Source: an uncultured delta proteobacterium
GTDB taxonomy: Bacteria; Myxococcota_A; UBA9160; SZUA-336
Direction: 5' to 3'
Assembly (NCBI GenBank): GCA_963704165.1
Contig: CAVPHD010000011.1
Location: 128,001 to 192,000, forward strand
DNA length: 64,000 nt
Shown here: one piece after another, positions 9,221-21,010 of the stretch
How the letters are laid out: each line of letters opens with the position of its first letter
How positions within the stretch are numbered: position 1 is the stretch's first letter
Program-made: the position numbers and the translations under genes
Notes under the pieces: model-generated
Databases searched by the model: none
The model's input: only the letters and a program-made list of their open reading frames with translations
What the model was told of the DNA's origin: nothing

Positions 9221-11146
9221 GTGCTGCGCCTCGACGACGCCTCGAAATCGTTCGGCGGACGCGCGCTCTTCGAGGGCGCGTCGCTGCACGTCCGCGCGGA
9301 GGACCGCATCGGGCTCGTCGGTCGCAACGGCGCCGGCAAGACGACGCTGCTGCGGATTCTCGCGGGCCTCGACGCACCCGACACCGGGACCCTCGTGCTG
9401 CGCCGCGGTGCGAGCGTCGGGTACCTTCGCCAGGAGGTGAGCGCGGTCTCGGAGCGCACGGTGCTCGCCGAAGCGGAGACCGCGCTCGAGCCGCTGCGCG
9501 CACTCGAGCGCCGCATGCGCTCGATCGAAGAGGAGATCGCCCGCGATCACGAGCACGTTCCCGACGAGCTCGCTTCGCGCTACGACGCGATCCGGCACGA
9601 GTTCGAGCGCGGCGGCGGTTTCTCGGCCGATGCGGAGCTTCGGGCGACGCTGGTCGGGCTGGGACTCGGCCCCGAGAAATGGGAGCAGCCGCTCGCGAAA
9701 CTCTCCGGCGGCTGGTTGATGCGTGTCGAGCTCGCCAAGCTCCTGATCGCGCGGCCGGAGGTGCTGCTTCTCGACGAGCCGACCAATCACCTCGACCTGC
9801 CGTCGATCCGCTGGTTCGAAGGCATGCTCGCCGCGTATCCCGGGGCGGTCGTCGTCGTCTCGCACGATCGCGTCTTTCTCGACCGACACTGCAACCGGAT
9901 CGCGGAGCTCACGGCGTCGCGGCTGACGTCGTACCGCGGAAACTACTCGGCCTACGTCGAGCAGCGCGCGCTGCGGCTCGACGAGGCCGAGGCACGGCGG
10001 CGCAACCTCGAGCGCGAGATCGCCGAGAAGCAGCGCTTCGTCACCCGCTTCAAGGCGAAGGCCAGCAAGGCGAGCCAGGCGCAGAGCCGCGTGAAGCAGA
10101 TCGAGAAGCTGCAGGCCGAGCGCGAGCTGCTTCCCACCGAGGCCCACGAGCGCACGATGCGCGTGCGTTTCAAGACCTCTCTGCGCTCCGGGGAAACCGT
10201 CTTGCGGCTCGAACGCGCGGCGAAGGCGTACGGCGACAAGGTCGTGTACCGCGCGCTCGACTTCGAGCTTCGCCGCGCCGAGCGCGTGGCGCTCGTCGGT
10301 CCGAACGGCGCCGGCAAGTCCACGCTTCTGCGCCTCGCGGCCGGTGCGTTCCCGCCCGACCGCGGCTCGCGCGAGCTCGGCCACAACGTGCGCGCGGGCT
10401 TCTATGCGCAGCATCAGGTCGACGCCCTCGATCCGCGCCGGAGCGTGCTCGGCGAACTCGAGGAGAACGCCACCATCGACGAGATCCCACGCCTCCGCGG
10501 GATCCTCGGCGCGTTCCTGTTCTCGGGCGACGACGTGGAGAAGCGCGTGTCCGTACTCTCGGGCGGCGAGAAGGCGCGCCTCGCGCTCGCGAAGCTCCTG
10601 CTCGCGAACGCGAACTTCCTCGTCCTCGACGAGCCGACCAACCATCTCGACATGGAGGCCCGCGACGTGCTCACCGCATCGCTCGCGGACTACGAGGGCA
10701 CGCTTCTCTTCGTCAGCCACGACCGCCGCTTCATCAACGCGCTCGCGACTCGCATCGTCGAGGTCACGCCCGGAGAGCACGAAGCCTGCGTCCGAACGTT
10801 TCTCGGCGACTACGATTTCTACGAAGCGGCGCTGGCACGCGAGGCGAGCGAGCGAGCGCAGAAGCCGGCCGCGAAGGCCAAGCCGGCGCCCGCCGCGAGA
10901 CCCGGGATCGACCGCGCTCGCGAGAAGCGGCAGCGCAAGCTTCGCGAGCAGAGCGCGGCGCTCGAGCAGAAGATCGAGGCCTTGGAGGCGGAGCTCCGGC
11001 GTCTCGAGTGGCTCGCCGCCGAGCCCGACACCGCCCGCGACGGAGAGCGCATGCGCGCACTGGCTCAGGAGCGCAGGACCCAGAGCGAAGCGATCGCCGC
11101 GCTCTATTCCGAGTGGGAATCGGTCACGCGCGAGATCGACGACTGA
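9221..11146 (+). CDS. ABC-F family ATP-binding protein
   Basis: Two ABC domains (GRNGAGKT/LSGGW/LLDEPTNHLD and GPNGAGKS/LSGGE/LDEPTNHLD), no TM segments, C-terminal coiled coil. Confidence 0.93.
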   Translation: MLRLDDASKSFGGRALFEGASLHVRAEDRIGLVGRNGAGKTTLLRILAGLDAPDTGTLVLRRGASVGYLRQEVSAVSERTVLAEAETALEPLRALERRMRSIEEEIARDHEHVPDELASRYDAIRHEFERGGGFSADAELRATLVGLGLGPEKWEQPLAKLSGGWLMRVELAKLLIARPEVLLLDEPTNHLDLPSIRWFEGMLAAYPGAVVVVSHDRVFLDRHCNRIAELTASRLTSYRGNYSAYVEQRALRLDEAEARRRNLEREIAEKQRFVTRFKAKASKASQAQSRVKQIEKLQAERELLPTEAHERTMRVRFKTSLRSGETVLRLERAAKAYGDKVVYRALDFELRRAERVALVGPNGAGKSTLLRLAAGAFPPDRGSRELGHNVRAGFYAQHQVDALDPRRSVLGELEENATIDEIPRLRGILGAFLFSGDDVEKRVSVLSGGEKARLALAKLLLANANFLVLDEPTNHLDMEARDVLTASLADYEGTLLFVSHDRRFINALATRIVEVTPGEHEACVRTFLGDYDFYEAALAREASERAQKPAAKAKPAPAARPGIDRAREKRQRKLREQSAALEQKIEALEAELRRLEWLAAEPDTARDGERMRALAQERRTQSEAIAALYSEWESVTREIDD

Positions 11147-11214
11147 GCACGGCTTGGCAGCGTCTGGGGGCCTCCGCTAGGATCGCGCTCGTTCCGCCTC
11201 GATACGACCACCGT

Positions 11215-11298
11215 GCCCAGGTGGTGAAATTGGTAGACACGCGAGGTTCAGGGCCTCGTGTCCGCAAGGACGTGCTGGTTCGAGTCCAGTCCTGGGCA
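11215..11298 (+). tRNA. tRNA-Leu(CAG)
   Basis: Acceptor stem GCCCAGG/CCTGGGC-A, anticodon arm CGAGG-TTCAGGG-CCTCG, long variable arm, T-loop TTCGAGT. CCA is not encoded. Confidence 0.95.
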
Positions 11299-11327
11299 TC
11301 TCGAGCGATCCCGCGAACATGGGGCGC

Positions 11328-12542
11328 TCACAGACGTCGGTCGAGCTCCACGGCATAGCGGAGGTCGGCGAGGAACTCGGGGATCGCCGCGCTCACGCGG
11401 TGCCAGTTCGGGATCAGCGGCGAGCGCATCGGGTCGCGAACGAAGGCGAGCCCGGCGGCGCGCAGTCCCGCGGTGAACGTCTCGACGACGAGCTCTTCCG
11501 CGTGCGGATCGAAGTGCAGCCCGTTGATCCGCGAGTCGTCCGAGTACGCGCTGATCGTGTCCTGCGCCTGGCGCAGATAGGCCGAGCAGAGCGTGTTGAG
11601 AAAGCCCGCGTCGAACTGCACGCCGACGCTCGCCAGATTCCGGAACAGCGAGGTCGCGATGTCGATCACCATCCGGTGAAGCCCGCGGCTCGGGTCGAGC
11701 GGCGAGAGGTCCTGGTGCTTGTGATCGTAGTTGTCGCAGAGCTCGACCTGACAGATCCTCTGCGAGGCGGCATTGCGGAAGACCTCGGCGAGCAGGCCGA
11801 CTTCGAGCCCCCAATCGCTCGGGATCCGGACCTGGCGCGCGAGCGCGGTCTTCATCGCGAACTCGCCGGCGAGCGGGTAGCGGAAGCCGTGCACGAACTC
11901 GATCAGCGGCAGCTCGCGGCCGAGCGTTCGCTTCAAGGACAGGATCAAGGGAGTGACGAAGAGCCGCGTCACACGTCCGTGCAGGCGATCGGTGGCCCGG
12001 CCGTAGTAGCCCTTGCAGTAGTCGTAGTCGAGGTGCGGGCTCAGCACCGGATAGCAGAGGCGCGCCAGGAACTCGCGGTCGTAGGTGAGGACGTCGCAGT
12101 CGTGAAAGGCGAGCGCGTCCGCATCTCCGAGCGCAAGCGCTGCCCCGGCGCCGAGCCAGACTGCCCGCCCCTTCCCGTCGGGACCCGGCTCGAGCCCGCT
12201 CGCGCGCTGGCGTTCGAGCAACTCGCCCACGGTCGGCCCGCTGCCCCAGACGCAGACCGCCTCGGGCAACGAGCGGAAGAACTCGCGGACGCGCGTGAAC
12301 TCCTCGGGATCGTCCGTACCCGAGACCGAGACGATGATCCGGTGCAGGTACGAGACCTCGCGCAGGACTTCGACGATGCCCCGCAAGCCCGCGCCGTTGA
12401 TCTCGGTGTGCAGGCACGGCAGAACCAGCGCCATCGGCCGTTCGCGCGCGTAGTGCTTGAGCTCGGCCTCGATCCGCCCCAGGGACGGCGAGCCCAGCCG
12501 GTGCAGGGTCGTGATCACGCCGTTCTGGTAGAAGTCGCTCAT
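11328..12542 (-). CDS. gpgS: Glucosyl-3-phosphoglycerate synthase-like glycosyltransferase
   Basis: MSDFYQNGVITTLHRL, GKGRAVW, HDCD, KGYYGR, GRVTRLFVTP, YPLAGEF, YDHKHQ. Confidence 0.8.
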   Translation of the reverse strand: MSDFYQNGVITTLHRLGSPSLGRIEAELKHYARERPMALVLPCLHTEINGAGLRGIVEVLREVSYLHRIIVSVSGTDDPEEFTRVREFFRSLPEAVCVWGSGPTVGELLERQRASGLEPGPDGKGRAVWLGAGAALALGDADALAFHDCDVLTYDREFLARLCYPVLSPHLDYDYCKGYYGRATDRLHGRVTRLFVTPLILSLKRTLGRELPLIEFVHGFRYPLAGEFAMKTALARQVRIPSDWGLEVGLLAEVFRNAASQRICQVELCDNYDHKHQDLSPLDPSRGLHRMVIDIATSLFRNLASVGVQFDAGFLNTLCSAYLRQAQDTISAYSDDSRINGLHFDPHAEELVVETFTAGLRAAGLAFVRDPMRSPLIPNWHRVSAAIPEFLADLRYAVELDRRL

Positions 12543-12608
12543 GCGGGGGGCTGAGCTTAGCCGCAAAGCCCTGTCGATGGGAAATTCCGGGCGCCGAGCG
12601 CGCCGGAC

Positions 12609-12950
12609 TCAGACCTCGTAGGCCTCGGGAAGGTTCGCTGAGAGCAGTCGGAGCGTATCGGGGTCGACCTCCGTGAAGCTGAGCGCGACTTCCTGCGTGA
12701 AGCCATCGAGGTCCGTCACGCGCACCAGCTTGCCGACCACCGAGACGGTGCGCTCGCCGATGGTCAGCATCACGCGCAGCACCTCACCGAGCTCGACCTC
12801 GAGGCCGACGCACTGGAAGCGGATGCCGCCGATCGAGACGTCGAGCGCGTTCGCGAGAGCTTCGCGCGAATCGACCCGTGCGATCGAGACCAGCGACTCG
12901 GTGAACACGCGGGGATACTTGCGGCGATCGAACGTGCTGTCTTTGTCCAA
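12609..12950 (-). CDS. Stand-alone PilZ domain protein
   Basis: RRKYPR (RxxxR) and DVSIGG (DxSxxG). TTG start with GAGGG upstream. Confidence 0.85.
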   Translation of the reverse strand: MDKDSTFDRRKYPRVFTESLVSIARVDSREALANALDVSIGGIRFQCVGLEVELGEVLRVMLTIGERTVSVVGKLVRVTDLDGFTQEVALSFTEVDPDTLRLLSANLPEAYEV

Positions 12951-13023
12951 TGGGCCCTCTCGTTCCCCGTTTCGGACGGGAGCCGAGGGCATCTGAAGCG
13001 CCGCGCAGATACTGGCGCGTGTG

Positions 13024-14073
13024 TCAGAAGAGTCGCAGCTGACGTCCTTCGCCGCCGGCTGAGAGACGCTCGAGTCCGCCCACGGCGAGTCGCAGCCGGC
13101 GAACCGCGCGCGCTCCCGCGTGGGTGCGGGCGAGCAAGCCCACGCCCGCATCGGAGAGATCCCGGGCTGCACTCGTCGGCCCCTCGAGCGAGGTGGTGCG
13201 CGAGGTGCGCGTTCCGTCGAGGAAAGAGACGACGAGCGTGACCGTTCGCGCCACGCGGCGCTCGCGCGTGAGCGTGGTCGCGAGACGCTCCGCGAGAAGC
13301 GCGAGCGACTCGGAGATCGCGCGCAGGTCGGTGCTCGGCTCGCCGAGGGTCTGTTCCTGCGAGAGCGTACGGGTGCGCGGCTTGGGTGCGAGCCGGCTGC
13401 GATCCTTGCCGCTCGCGTACTCGAGGAAGGCGGCCGCGCGCGGACCGATGAGCTCCGTGAGCCGGGCCACGTCGAACGCGCGCAGCTCCCCGAGGGTGTG
13501 TATGCCGTGCTCGCCGAGCTTCCGCGCGGTGGCCGGACCGAGCCCCCAGATCGCGACCACAGGGAGCGGAGCGAGAAATGCCTCGACCTCGGCTTCGCTC
13601 ACTCGCCGAATCCCTTCGGGACCGGCGTGCCGCGCGGCCAGCACCGCGACGAAACGCGTCGGCGCGATCCCCGCCACGGCGGTCAATCCGAACTCCGCCT
13701 GCAGGCGAACGCAGAGCTCGGCAGCGTGCGTGAGCGTGTCGGCGGGCGGCGAGAGCTCGAGGAACGTCCCGTCGAGTCCGAGCTCTTCGATCCGCTCGCT
13801 GTCTGCGCGCATGAACTCGCGCAGCTCGGCGACTCGCTCGCGGTAGCGTTTCAGCCGCGTCCGGCGCAGGACCGCGCCGGGACAGAGCTCGAGCGCGCGG
13901 CGCACCTCCATCCCTTCCTCCACGCCGCGGACGCGTGCCTCGCGGCTCGCACCCGTGACCGCGCCGCGCTTCGCGGGATCGCCGCCGACGATCACCGGTC
14001 GTCCGCGGAGAGCTGGATCGTCCGCCTGCTCGACGGCCGCATACAGACCGGGCACGAAGATGAAGACGATCAT
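13024..14073 (-). CDS. DinB/Y-family polymerase homolog, catalytically degenerate
   Basis: YAAVEQADDPALRGRPVIVGG, ASREARVRGV, IWGLGPATARKL and C-terminal QLRLF. Catalytic acidic residues are altered. Confidence 0.85.
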   Translation of the reverse strand: MIVFIFVPGLYAAVEQADDPALRGRPVIVGGDPAKRGAVTGASREARVRGVEEGMEVRRALELCPGAVLRRTRLKRYRERVAELREFMRADSERIEELGLDGTFLELSPPADTLTHAAELCVRLQAEFGLTAVAGIAPTRFVAVLAARHAGPEGIRRVSEAEVEAFLAPLPVVAIWGLGPATARKLGEHGIHTLGELRAFDVARLTELIGPRAAAFLEYASGKDRSRLAPKPRTRTLSQEQTLGEPSTDLRAISESLALLAERLATTLTRERRVARTVTLVVSFLDGTRTSRTTSLEGPTSAARDLSDAGVGLLARTHAGARAVRRLRLAVGGLERLSAGGEGRQLRLF

Positions 14074-16439
14074 GGGTCCGCGGGACGGAGCTCCCAGGTT
14101 CCTTTCTGGTGGTAGGCGACGTCGCTCGCGTGCATCCAGAGCGGACGCGGGCGACCGGCGAGCCAGTCGGCGAGCGCATCGGCGTAGTGAGCCGATCCGG
14201 GGTGACCGGACTGGCCGCCGGCCAGACCGAGCAACGCATGGTCCGGGTCGGCGAGATCGATCGCGTAGCGAAAGGCCGGCCCGAGCTCGACGTCCGAGTC
14301 GGGCAAAGGGGAGCTGAACATCGTCCACGCCGAGTCGGGATCCCCGGGCGCCGGGAACTTCTCGCTGCCGAGCCGTTGTCCGACCCACGCGAGCGTACCG
14401 TCACCCTGCTGCTCGAAGGCGTGCCGGAGCCGCAACGAGTGAACCTCTCCCCAGGTCCAACGCTTGGGATTCGCGGACACCCGCGTTCGCATGAAGCTCC
14501 ACGTCTCGTCGAGCGCGGTCTCGAGCGAACCCGAGAGCTTCTCCCGTCCCACGCGATCGAGCGCGCGCGAGAGCGCGACTCCAGGTATGGGCTCGGCTTG
14601 CTCGAGAAGCGTGCGCGAGCCCTTCGAGAGGCTCAGCCCGTCGAGCATCCGTCCCGCGAGGCGCTGCCGGAAGACGTGGTAGAGCGACGCGCCGACCGAG
14701 TCGGTCGAGGTCGAGCCGTCCCACTCGAGCAACATCGTCCGAGCGCGCTGTGCAGCGGACGAGGCCGACGTCGAGTTCTCGAGCAGGAGTCGCAAAGTCG
14801 CGGGACCGCGACGCGAGATCGTGTCGCGCTGGATCGCGACGAGACCTTCGACGTCGAGCGCGCCGGGGCGCGCGAGCAGCTCGCGCACCCGCTCCGCCGC
14901 CCCCTGATTGCTCCACAGCCAGGTGATCGGCACCCGGAAGCTCGCGGCATCGGGATGCGGCGAGATCACCTGGACCGGAAGGTTTGCGCCGTGACTCGAC
15001 GGCAGCGAGTCGAAGTCGGCCGTGCCGCGCCAGTCGTAGTACCGCGACGCGCCCGAGAGCGGGAGCAACCCCGTGTCGATCGCGCGCACGGGGAGGTCGC
15101 CGGCGACCTGCGTGCCCGTCGCTCCGTTCGCGTCCGCGTACAGGAACGTCGAAGCCGGCGCGCGCAGCTCGCGCAATGCGGAGCGGAAGCAGCTCCAGTC
15201 GCCACACCGCTGCAACCGGTAGAGCGACTCGACGCCGCTCTGTTCGGCCTGGCCGGTCCAACGCAGCGCGAGCGAGTTCGCACGCGGCTCGTCGGGAAAT
15301 GCGCTGCGCAGCAGCGGGCCGTGCTCGGTGACGACGATCGAGATCGGTTCCGCTGCACGTCCGCGCACCGAGATCTGATCGCTGCGAACCCGCGCGGACT
15401 GCCAGCGCCCCCCGCGCTCGTACCGCGTGGGATCGGCCACGTCGATCGTCTCCTCGAAGAGGTCCGACACCGAAGCGTGTAGTGCGACCTGCCCCCAGGC
15501 GATCGACCGATTCGTGCCGGTGAAGAAGATCGGCAGCCCGGGCCAGGTCGCGCCGGAGAGCTCGAAGCGGCCGGCGCGAATGTGGGCCAGGTAGAAGACG
15601 GAAGGCGCCGAGAAGCGGACGTGCGGATCGTTGGCGAGCAGCGGCTTGCCGCTCTTCGAGCGGGCCGCCGGAACGAGGATGCCGAGGCTTCCGGACGGGC
15701 CGCCGAGGCCGGTGGTCTTCGCCAGGGCGTCGGAGACGAGGCCGAGCGAGAGGAGACCCGCGAACGGATCGTGCGAGCCGTCGCTCGGGCGAACGGGAAA
15801 GAAGTCGCGAGACGGCACGCCACCGAGCTCCGCGACCAGACGATCGAGCAGAAGACTCGCGGAGAGCGACCGTCCCAGGTTCCAGGCGCGCAGGCGCGCG
15901 ATCGCGAGCGAGTCCTCGGGCATCCACGACTCCGGCTCGACTTCGAGCCAGCGCAGCTCGAACGGGCGCGTCGCGTGATTCGCCGCGATCTCGCCGAGCC
16001 AGGCGTTCACGCCCGCGGCGTAGGCCTCGAGCGCGGCACGCGTCTCGCGACCGAGCTTCGGCCGCTCGTCGCGCGCCGCTTCGGAGAAGCCGAGCGTGCG
16101 CGCGAGCCGATCCTGTTCGAGCGCGCCCTCGCCGAACAGCTCCGCGAGTCGCCCGTGTGCGCTGCGCCTCGACAGCTCCATCTGCCAGAGCCGATCCTGC
16201 GCGTGCGCGAAGCCGAGCGCGAAGCAGGCGTCGGCGAGCGTTTCGGCTTCGACGTGCGGCACGCCGAACGGGTCGCGCACGATGCGAGCCGGAGCAGAGA
16301 TTCCCCGGGCGGCCAGCACGCCCTGGGCCGATGGACCGGGATCGCGCCCGACCAACGCGAGCACCGCGGCCAGACCGACCGCGGCGACGAGGAGCGCGAC
16401 GAGCGCGACGGCCACGGCGCCGTTTAGGATTCGTCTCAC
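14070..16439 (-). CDS. Penicillin acylase family (S45 Ntn-hydrolase) with N-terminal membrane anchor
   Basis: RDPFGVPHV, GFAHAQDRLWQM, SGKPLLANDPH, GGQSGHPGSAHYAD. GTGA and ATGA overlaps with its neighbours. Confidence 0.88.
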   Translation of the reverse strand: MRRILNGAVAVALVALLVAAVGLAAVLALVGRDPGPSAQGVLAARGISAPARIVRDPFGVPHVEAETLADACFALGFAHAQDRLWQMELSRRSAHGRLAELFGEGALEQDRLARTLGFSEAARDERPKLGRETRAALEAYAAGVNAWLGEIAANHATRPFELRWLEVEPESWMPEDSLAIARLRAWNLGRSLSASLLLDRLVAELGGVPSRDFFPVRPSDGSHDPFAGLLSLGLVSDALAKTTGLGGPSGSLGILVPAARSKSGKPLLANDPHVRFSAPSVFYLAHIRAGRFELSGATWPGLPIFFTGTNRSIAWGQVALHASVSDLFEETIDVADPTRYERGGRWQSARVRSDQISVRGRAAEPISIVVTEHGPLLRSAFPDEPRANSLALRWTGQAEQSGVESLYRLQRCGDWSCFRSALRELRAPASTFLYADANGATGTQVAGDLPVRAIDTGLLPLSGASRYYDWRGTADFDSLPSSHGANLPVQVISPHPDAASFRVPITWLWSNQGAAERVRELLARPGALDVEGLVAIQRDTISRRGPATLRLLLENSTSASSAAQRARTMLLEWDGSTSTDSVGASLYHVFRQRLAGRMLDGLSLSKGSRTLLEQAEPIPGVALSRALDRVGREKLSGSLETALDETWSFMRTRVSANPKRWTWGEVHSLRLRHAFEQQGDGTLAWVGQRLGSEKFPAPGDPDSAWTMFSSPLPDSDVELGPAFRYAIDLADPDHALLGLAGGQSGHPGSAHYADALADWLAGRPRPLWMHASDVAYHQKGTWELRPADP

Positions 16440-16831
16440 GAGCGAGAAGGACCTTCCGCGCCCTCGAGCACGACCTGGGCGAACGCGTGCGTGCGCGTGT
16501 ACGACGCACCGACCCAGGCACGGGCGAAGCCCCGCTCCCGCGCGATCGAGAGCGCGCACCCGTGAATCTCGACCGTCAGGCCGAGCGGCGTCTCGCGCGT
16601 CTCGAAATCGCGCCACGCCACGCCACGCCGCCAGCCGGTACCGATCGCCTTCATGCCCGCCTCCTTGACGGCAAAGCGCAGCGCGAAGTGTGCTCCGGAC
16701 CGTCCTCGGCGCGCGCAGTCCGCGATCTCCCGCGGCGTGTAGACACGTGTGCGCAGGCGTTCGCCGCGTCTTGCGAGCGCGCGCTCCACGCGCGCGATCT
16801 CGACCACGTCGATGCCGCCTCCGATGATCAC
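16436..16831 (-). CDS. acpS: Holo-[acyl-carrier-protein] synthase
   Basis: IIGGGIDVVEIARV, RFAVKEAGMKAIGTG. Confidence 0.9.
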   Translation of the reverse strand: MIIGGGIDVVEIARVERALARRGERLRTRVYTPREIADCARRGRSGAHFALRFAVKEAGMKAIGTGWRRGVAWRDFETRETPLGLTVEIHGCALSIARERGFARAWVGASYTRTHAFAQVVLEGAEGPSRS

Positions 16832-16886
16832 GGCGAGCGCTCCGAAAACCTGGACATCTACGCGTAAGCTAGCGGATTCACTCCGT

Positions 16887-16915
16887 TTGACGCTGCCGGA
16901 GGTCACCGTTATTCT
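16887..16915 (+). promoter_or_regulatory. Sigma70-type promoter of the gap operon
   Basis: TTGACG-17 nt-TATTCT, followed by an AAGGAG RBS before gap. Confidence 0.65.
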
Positions 16916-16943
16916 GCGCGCCGGTTGACCGAAGGAGATCAGG

Positions 16944-17957
16944 ATGGCAGCGCGCGTACGAGTGGGAATCAATGGCTTCGGTCGGATCGGGCGATGTGCG
17001 CTGCGCGCGGGCCTCGCCGAGACCGGCCTCGAGTTCGTCGCCGTGAATGACCTGACCGACGCCGGCACGCTCGCCCATCTTCTGAAGTACGACTCCGTGC
17101 ACGGCCGCCTTGCCGAGCGCGTCGAGGTCACGGCGGACAAGTCGATCCGGGTCGGAGACCGCACGCTCAAGGTGCTCGCCGAACGCGACCCCGCGAAGCT
17201 GCCGTGGAAGGAGCTCGGCGTCGACATCGTGATCGAGTCCACGGGCCTGTTCACGAAGCGCCCGGACGCGGCGAAGCACCTCGCCGCCGGCGCCAAGAAG
17301 GTCATCATCAGCGCGCCCGCGACCGAGCCCGACGTCACGATCGCGCTCGGCGTGAACGAACAGATCTACCAGCCCGCGACCCATCACGTGATCTCGAACG
17401 CCTCGTGCACGACCAATTGCCTGGCGCCGGTGGCGAAGATCCTGCACCAGGAATTCGGCGTGCGGCGCGGCTGGATGACGACGATCCACGCCTACACCAA
17501 CGACCAGCAGATCCTCGACCTGCCCCACTCCGACCTCCGGCGCGCGCGCGCGGCGGCAGTCTCGATGATTCCCACCTCGACGGGCGCGGCCAAGGCCGTC
17601 GGCCTCGTCTTGCCCGAGCTCGCCGGCAAGCTCGACGGCATCTCGATCCGCGTCCCGACCCCCGACGTATCGGTCGTCGATCTCGTCGCCGAGGTCGAGC
17701 GACCGGCCACCGCCGAGCAGATCAACGAGGCATTCACGAAGGCCGCCGAAGGCCCGCTGAAGGGCATTCTCGCGATCTCGTACGAACCGCTCGTCTCGAT
17801 CGACTTCCTCGACGACCCCCACTCGGCGATCGTCGATGCGCTGAACACCAAGGTGCTCGGTGGGAATCTCGTGAAGGTGCTCGCCTGGTACGACAACGAG
17901 TGGGGCTACGCGCGGCGGGTGGTCGATCTCGCGCGCATGGTCGCCTCGAAGCTGTGA
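16944..17957 (+). CDS. gap: Glyceraldehyde-3-phosphate dehydrogenase type I
   Basis: [30 protein letters not shown]. Confidence 0.97.
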   Translation: MAARVRVGINGFGRIGRCALRAGLAETGLEFVAVNDLTDAGTLAHLLKYDSVHGRLAERVEVTADKSIRVGDRTLKVLAERDPAKLPWKELGVDIVIESTGLFTKRPDAAKHLAAGAKKVIISAPATEPDVTIALGVNEQIYQPATHHVISNASCTTNCLAPVAKILHQEFGVRRGWMTTIHAYTNDQQILDLPHSDLRRARAAAVSMIPTSTGAAKAVGLVLPELAGKLDGISIRVPTPDVSVVDLVAEVERPATAEQINEAFTKAAEGPLKGILAISYEPLVSIDFLDDPHSAIVDALNTKVLGGNLVKVLAWYDNEWGYARRVVDLARMVASKL

Positions 17958-19113
17958 GCGCAGCGATCCGCCTGCCGTCGGTCGCGGACCTCGAGCTTCG
18001 CGGCAAGCGGATCTTCATCCGTGCGGATCTGAACGTGCCGCTTCGTGGCGGCGAGGTCGCCGACGCGTCGCGCATCGAAGCCTCGCTCCAGACGCTCGAG
18101 TTCGTGCGCGCGCGCGGCGGACGCGCCGTGCTCACGTCTCACCTCGGCCGGCCCAAGGGCGCACCCGAGGCGAAGTACTCGCTCGCTCCGGTCGCCCGCC
18201 ACATGGGTCTCGACCTGGCACCGGATTGTGTCGGGCCCGACGTCGAAGCGCGCGTCGCGTCGCTTCGCGACGGAGACGCGATCCTGCTCGAGAACCTGCG
18301 CTTCCATGGCGGCGAGGAGAAGAACGACCCGGCCTTCGTGAAGGCGCTCGCCCGACTCTGCGACGTGTACGTGAACGACGCCTTCGGAACCGCGCACCGC
18401 GCGCACGCATCGACCGAGGGGCTCGCGCACGCGGTCCCCGAGGCCGCCGCCGGATTCCTGCTGCTTCGCGAGGTCGAGGCGCTCTCGCGCGTGCGCGATC
18501 AGCCCGAGCACCCCTACGTCTGCATCCTCGGGGGCGCCAAGGTCTCCGACAAGCTGCGCGTGCTCGAGCAGCTCGCGCTTCGCGCCGACGCGATCGCGAT
18601 CGGCGGCGCGATGGCGTACACGTTCCTGCTCGCGCGCGGCGAGCCCGTCGGACGCTCCCTCGTCGAGCGCGATCTGGTCGAGGACGCGCGCAAGCTTCTC
18701 GGTGGAAAGACCGAGATTCTCCTGCCCGTGGACCACGTCGTCGCCTCGGGCGTGGACGACGCAGCCGGCGCGCGGACCGTGGACCGGATCCCCGACGACG
18801 CGATGGCGCTCGACATCGGACCGCGTTCGCGCGCCGCGATCGAAGCGCGACTCGCGTCGGCGCGAACCGTGTTCTGGAACGGCCCGCTCGGCCTCTTCGA
18901 GAAGCCGCCGTTCGACGCCGGCACGCGCGAGGTCGCCGGAATGCTCGCACGGAGCACCGCCTACACCGTCGTCGGCGGCGGCGACTCGCTCGCCGCGGTT
19001 GCTGCGGCCGGGGTCGGCGCGCGCATCTCGCACCTCTCGACCGGTGGCGGCGCCTCGCTCGAGTTCCTCGAGGGCCGCGCCCTGCCCGGTGTGGAGGCCT
19101 TGCTGGGGCGCGT

Positions 19114-19117
<4 letters not shown>
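17954..19117 (+). CDS. pgk: Phosphoglycerate kinase
   Basis: [56 protein letters not shown] overlap with gap. Confidence 0.96.
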
Positions 19118-20320
<1,203 letters not shown>

Positions 20321-20360
20321 AAGCGCGTACGCGCACTCCTATATAGGCAAGCGCTCACCT

Positions 20361-20447
20361 GCCCAGGTGGTGAAATTGGTAGACACGCCAGGTTGAGGGC
20401 CTGGTCCCAGCAATGGGGTGCTGGTTCGAGTCCAGTCCTGGGCACCA
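20361..20447 (+). tRNA. tRNA-Leu(GAG)
   Basis: GCCCAGG...CCTGGGCACCA, anticodon arm CCAGG-TTGAGGG-CCTGG, long variable arm. Confidence 0.96.
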
Positions 20448-20514
20448 TCTCCGCGGTCGCGTTCGACGTGGTACACAGTCGGGCGACGCGTTCGCGCGAA
20501 GAGGAGATGCGGGG

Positions 20515-20982
20515 ATGGACCGATCGGTCGAGTCGAAGCTGGCCGACGAGCTCGCGATCCGCGCGCTCGTCGCGCGCTACTGCCACGCGATCGCGGAGCG
20601 CGACGACGCTGCGCTCGCGTCGACCTGGGCGACGGACGGCGAGTGGCAGGTGCTCGGCAAGAACGTCCGGGGACGCGACGCGATCCTCGCGCACTACCGG
20701 GCGCTGGTCGGCGCCTGCCGCTGGGTCGTGCAGGTGGCCACGGACGGGTGGATCGAGATCGACGGCGACGTGGCGACCGGCCGTTGGCAGATCGCCGAGA
20801 CGCTCCAGATGAAGGACGGGAAGTCCGCGATCAACGTCGGCCGATACGCCGACCGCTACCGCCGCGAGGCCGACGGTGTCTGGCGCTTCGCGCGCCGCGA
20901 GTTCATGGGCAGCTACTTCGGCGCGCCGGATCTCTCGGCCGAGGCACGTCCACCCGCGGGCTGGAAGACGGCGGCCGGCTGA
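20515..20982 (+). CDS. SnoaL/NTF2-like family protein
   Basis: DELAIRALVARYCHAI...GRDAI...IEIDGDVATG...GRYADRYRR..GVWRFARR. Confidence 0.85.
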   Translation: MDRSVESKLADELAIRALVARYCHAIAERDDAALASTWATDGEWQVLGKNVRGRDAILAHYRALVGACRWVVQVATDGWIEIDGDVATGRWQIAETLQMKDGKSAINVGRYADRYRREADGVWRFARREFMGSYFGAPDLSAEARPPAGWKTAAG

Positions 20983-21010
20983 GCCGCGATTTCGCCACGC
21001 GCGTCGGGGG

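Noticed and set aside
5082..9440. 1452-aa ORF and many other long Arg/Ala/Pro-rich ORFs in the track
   Set aside because: These are shadow frames of real genes in high-GC DNA and carry no recognisable motifs.
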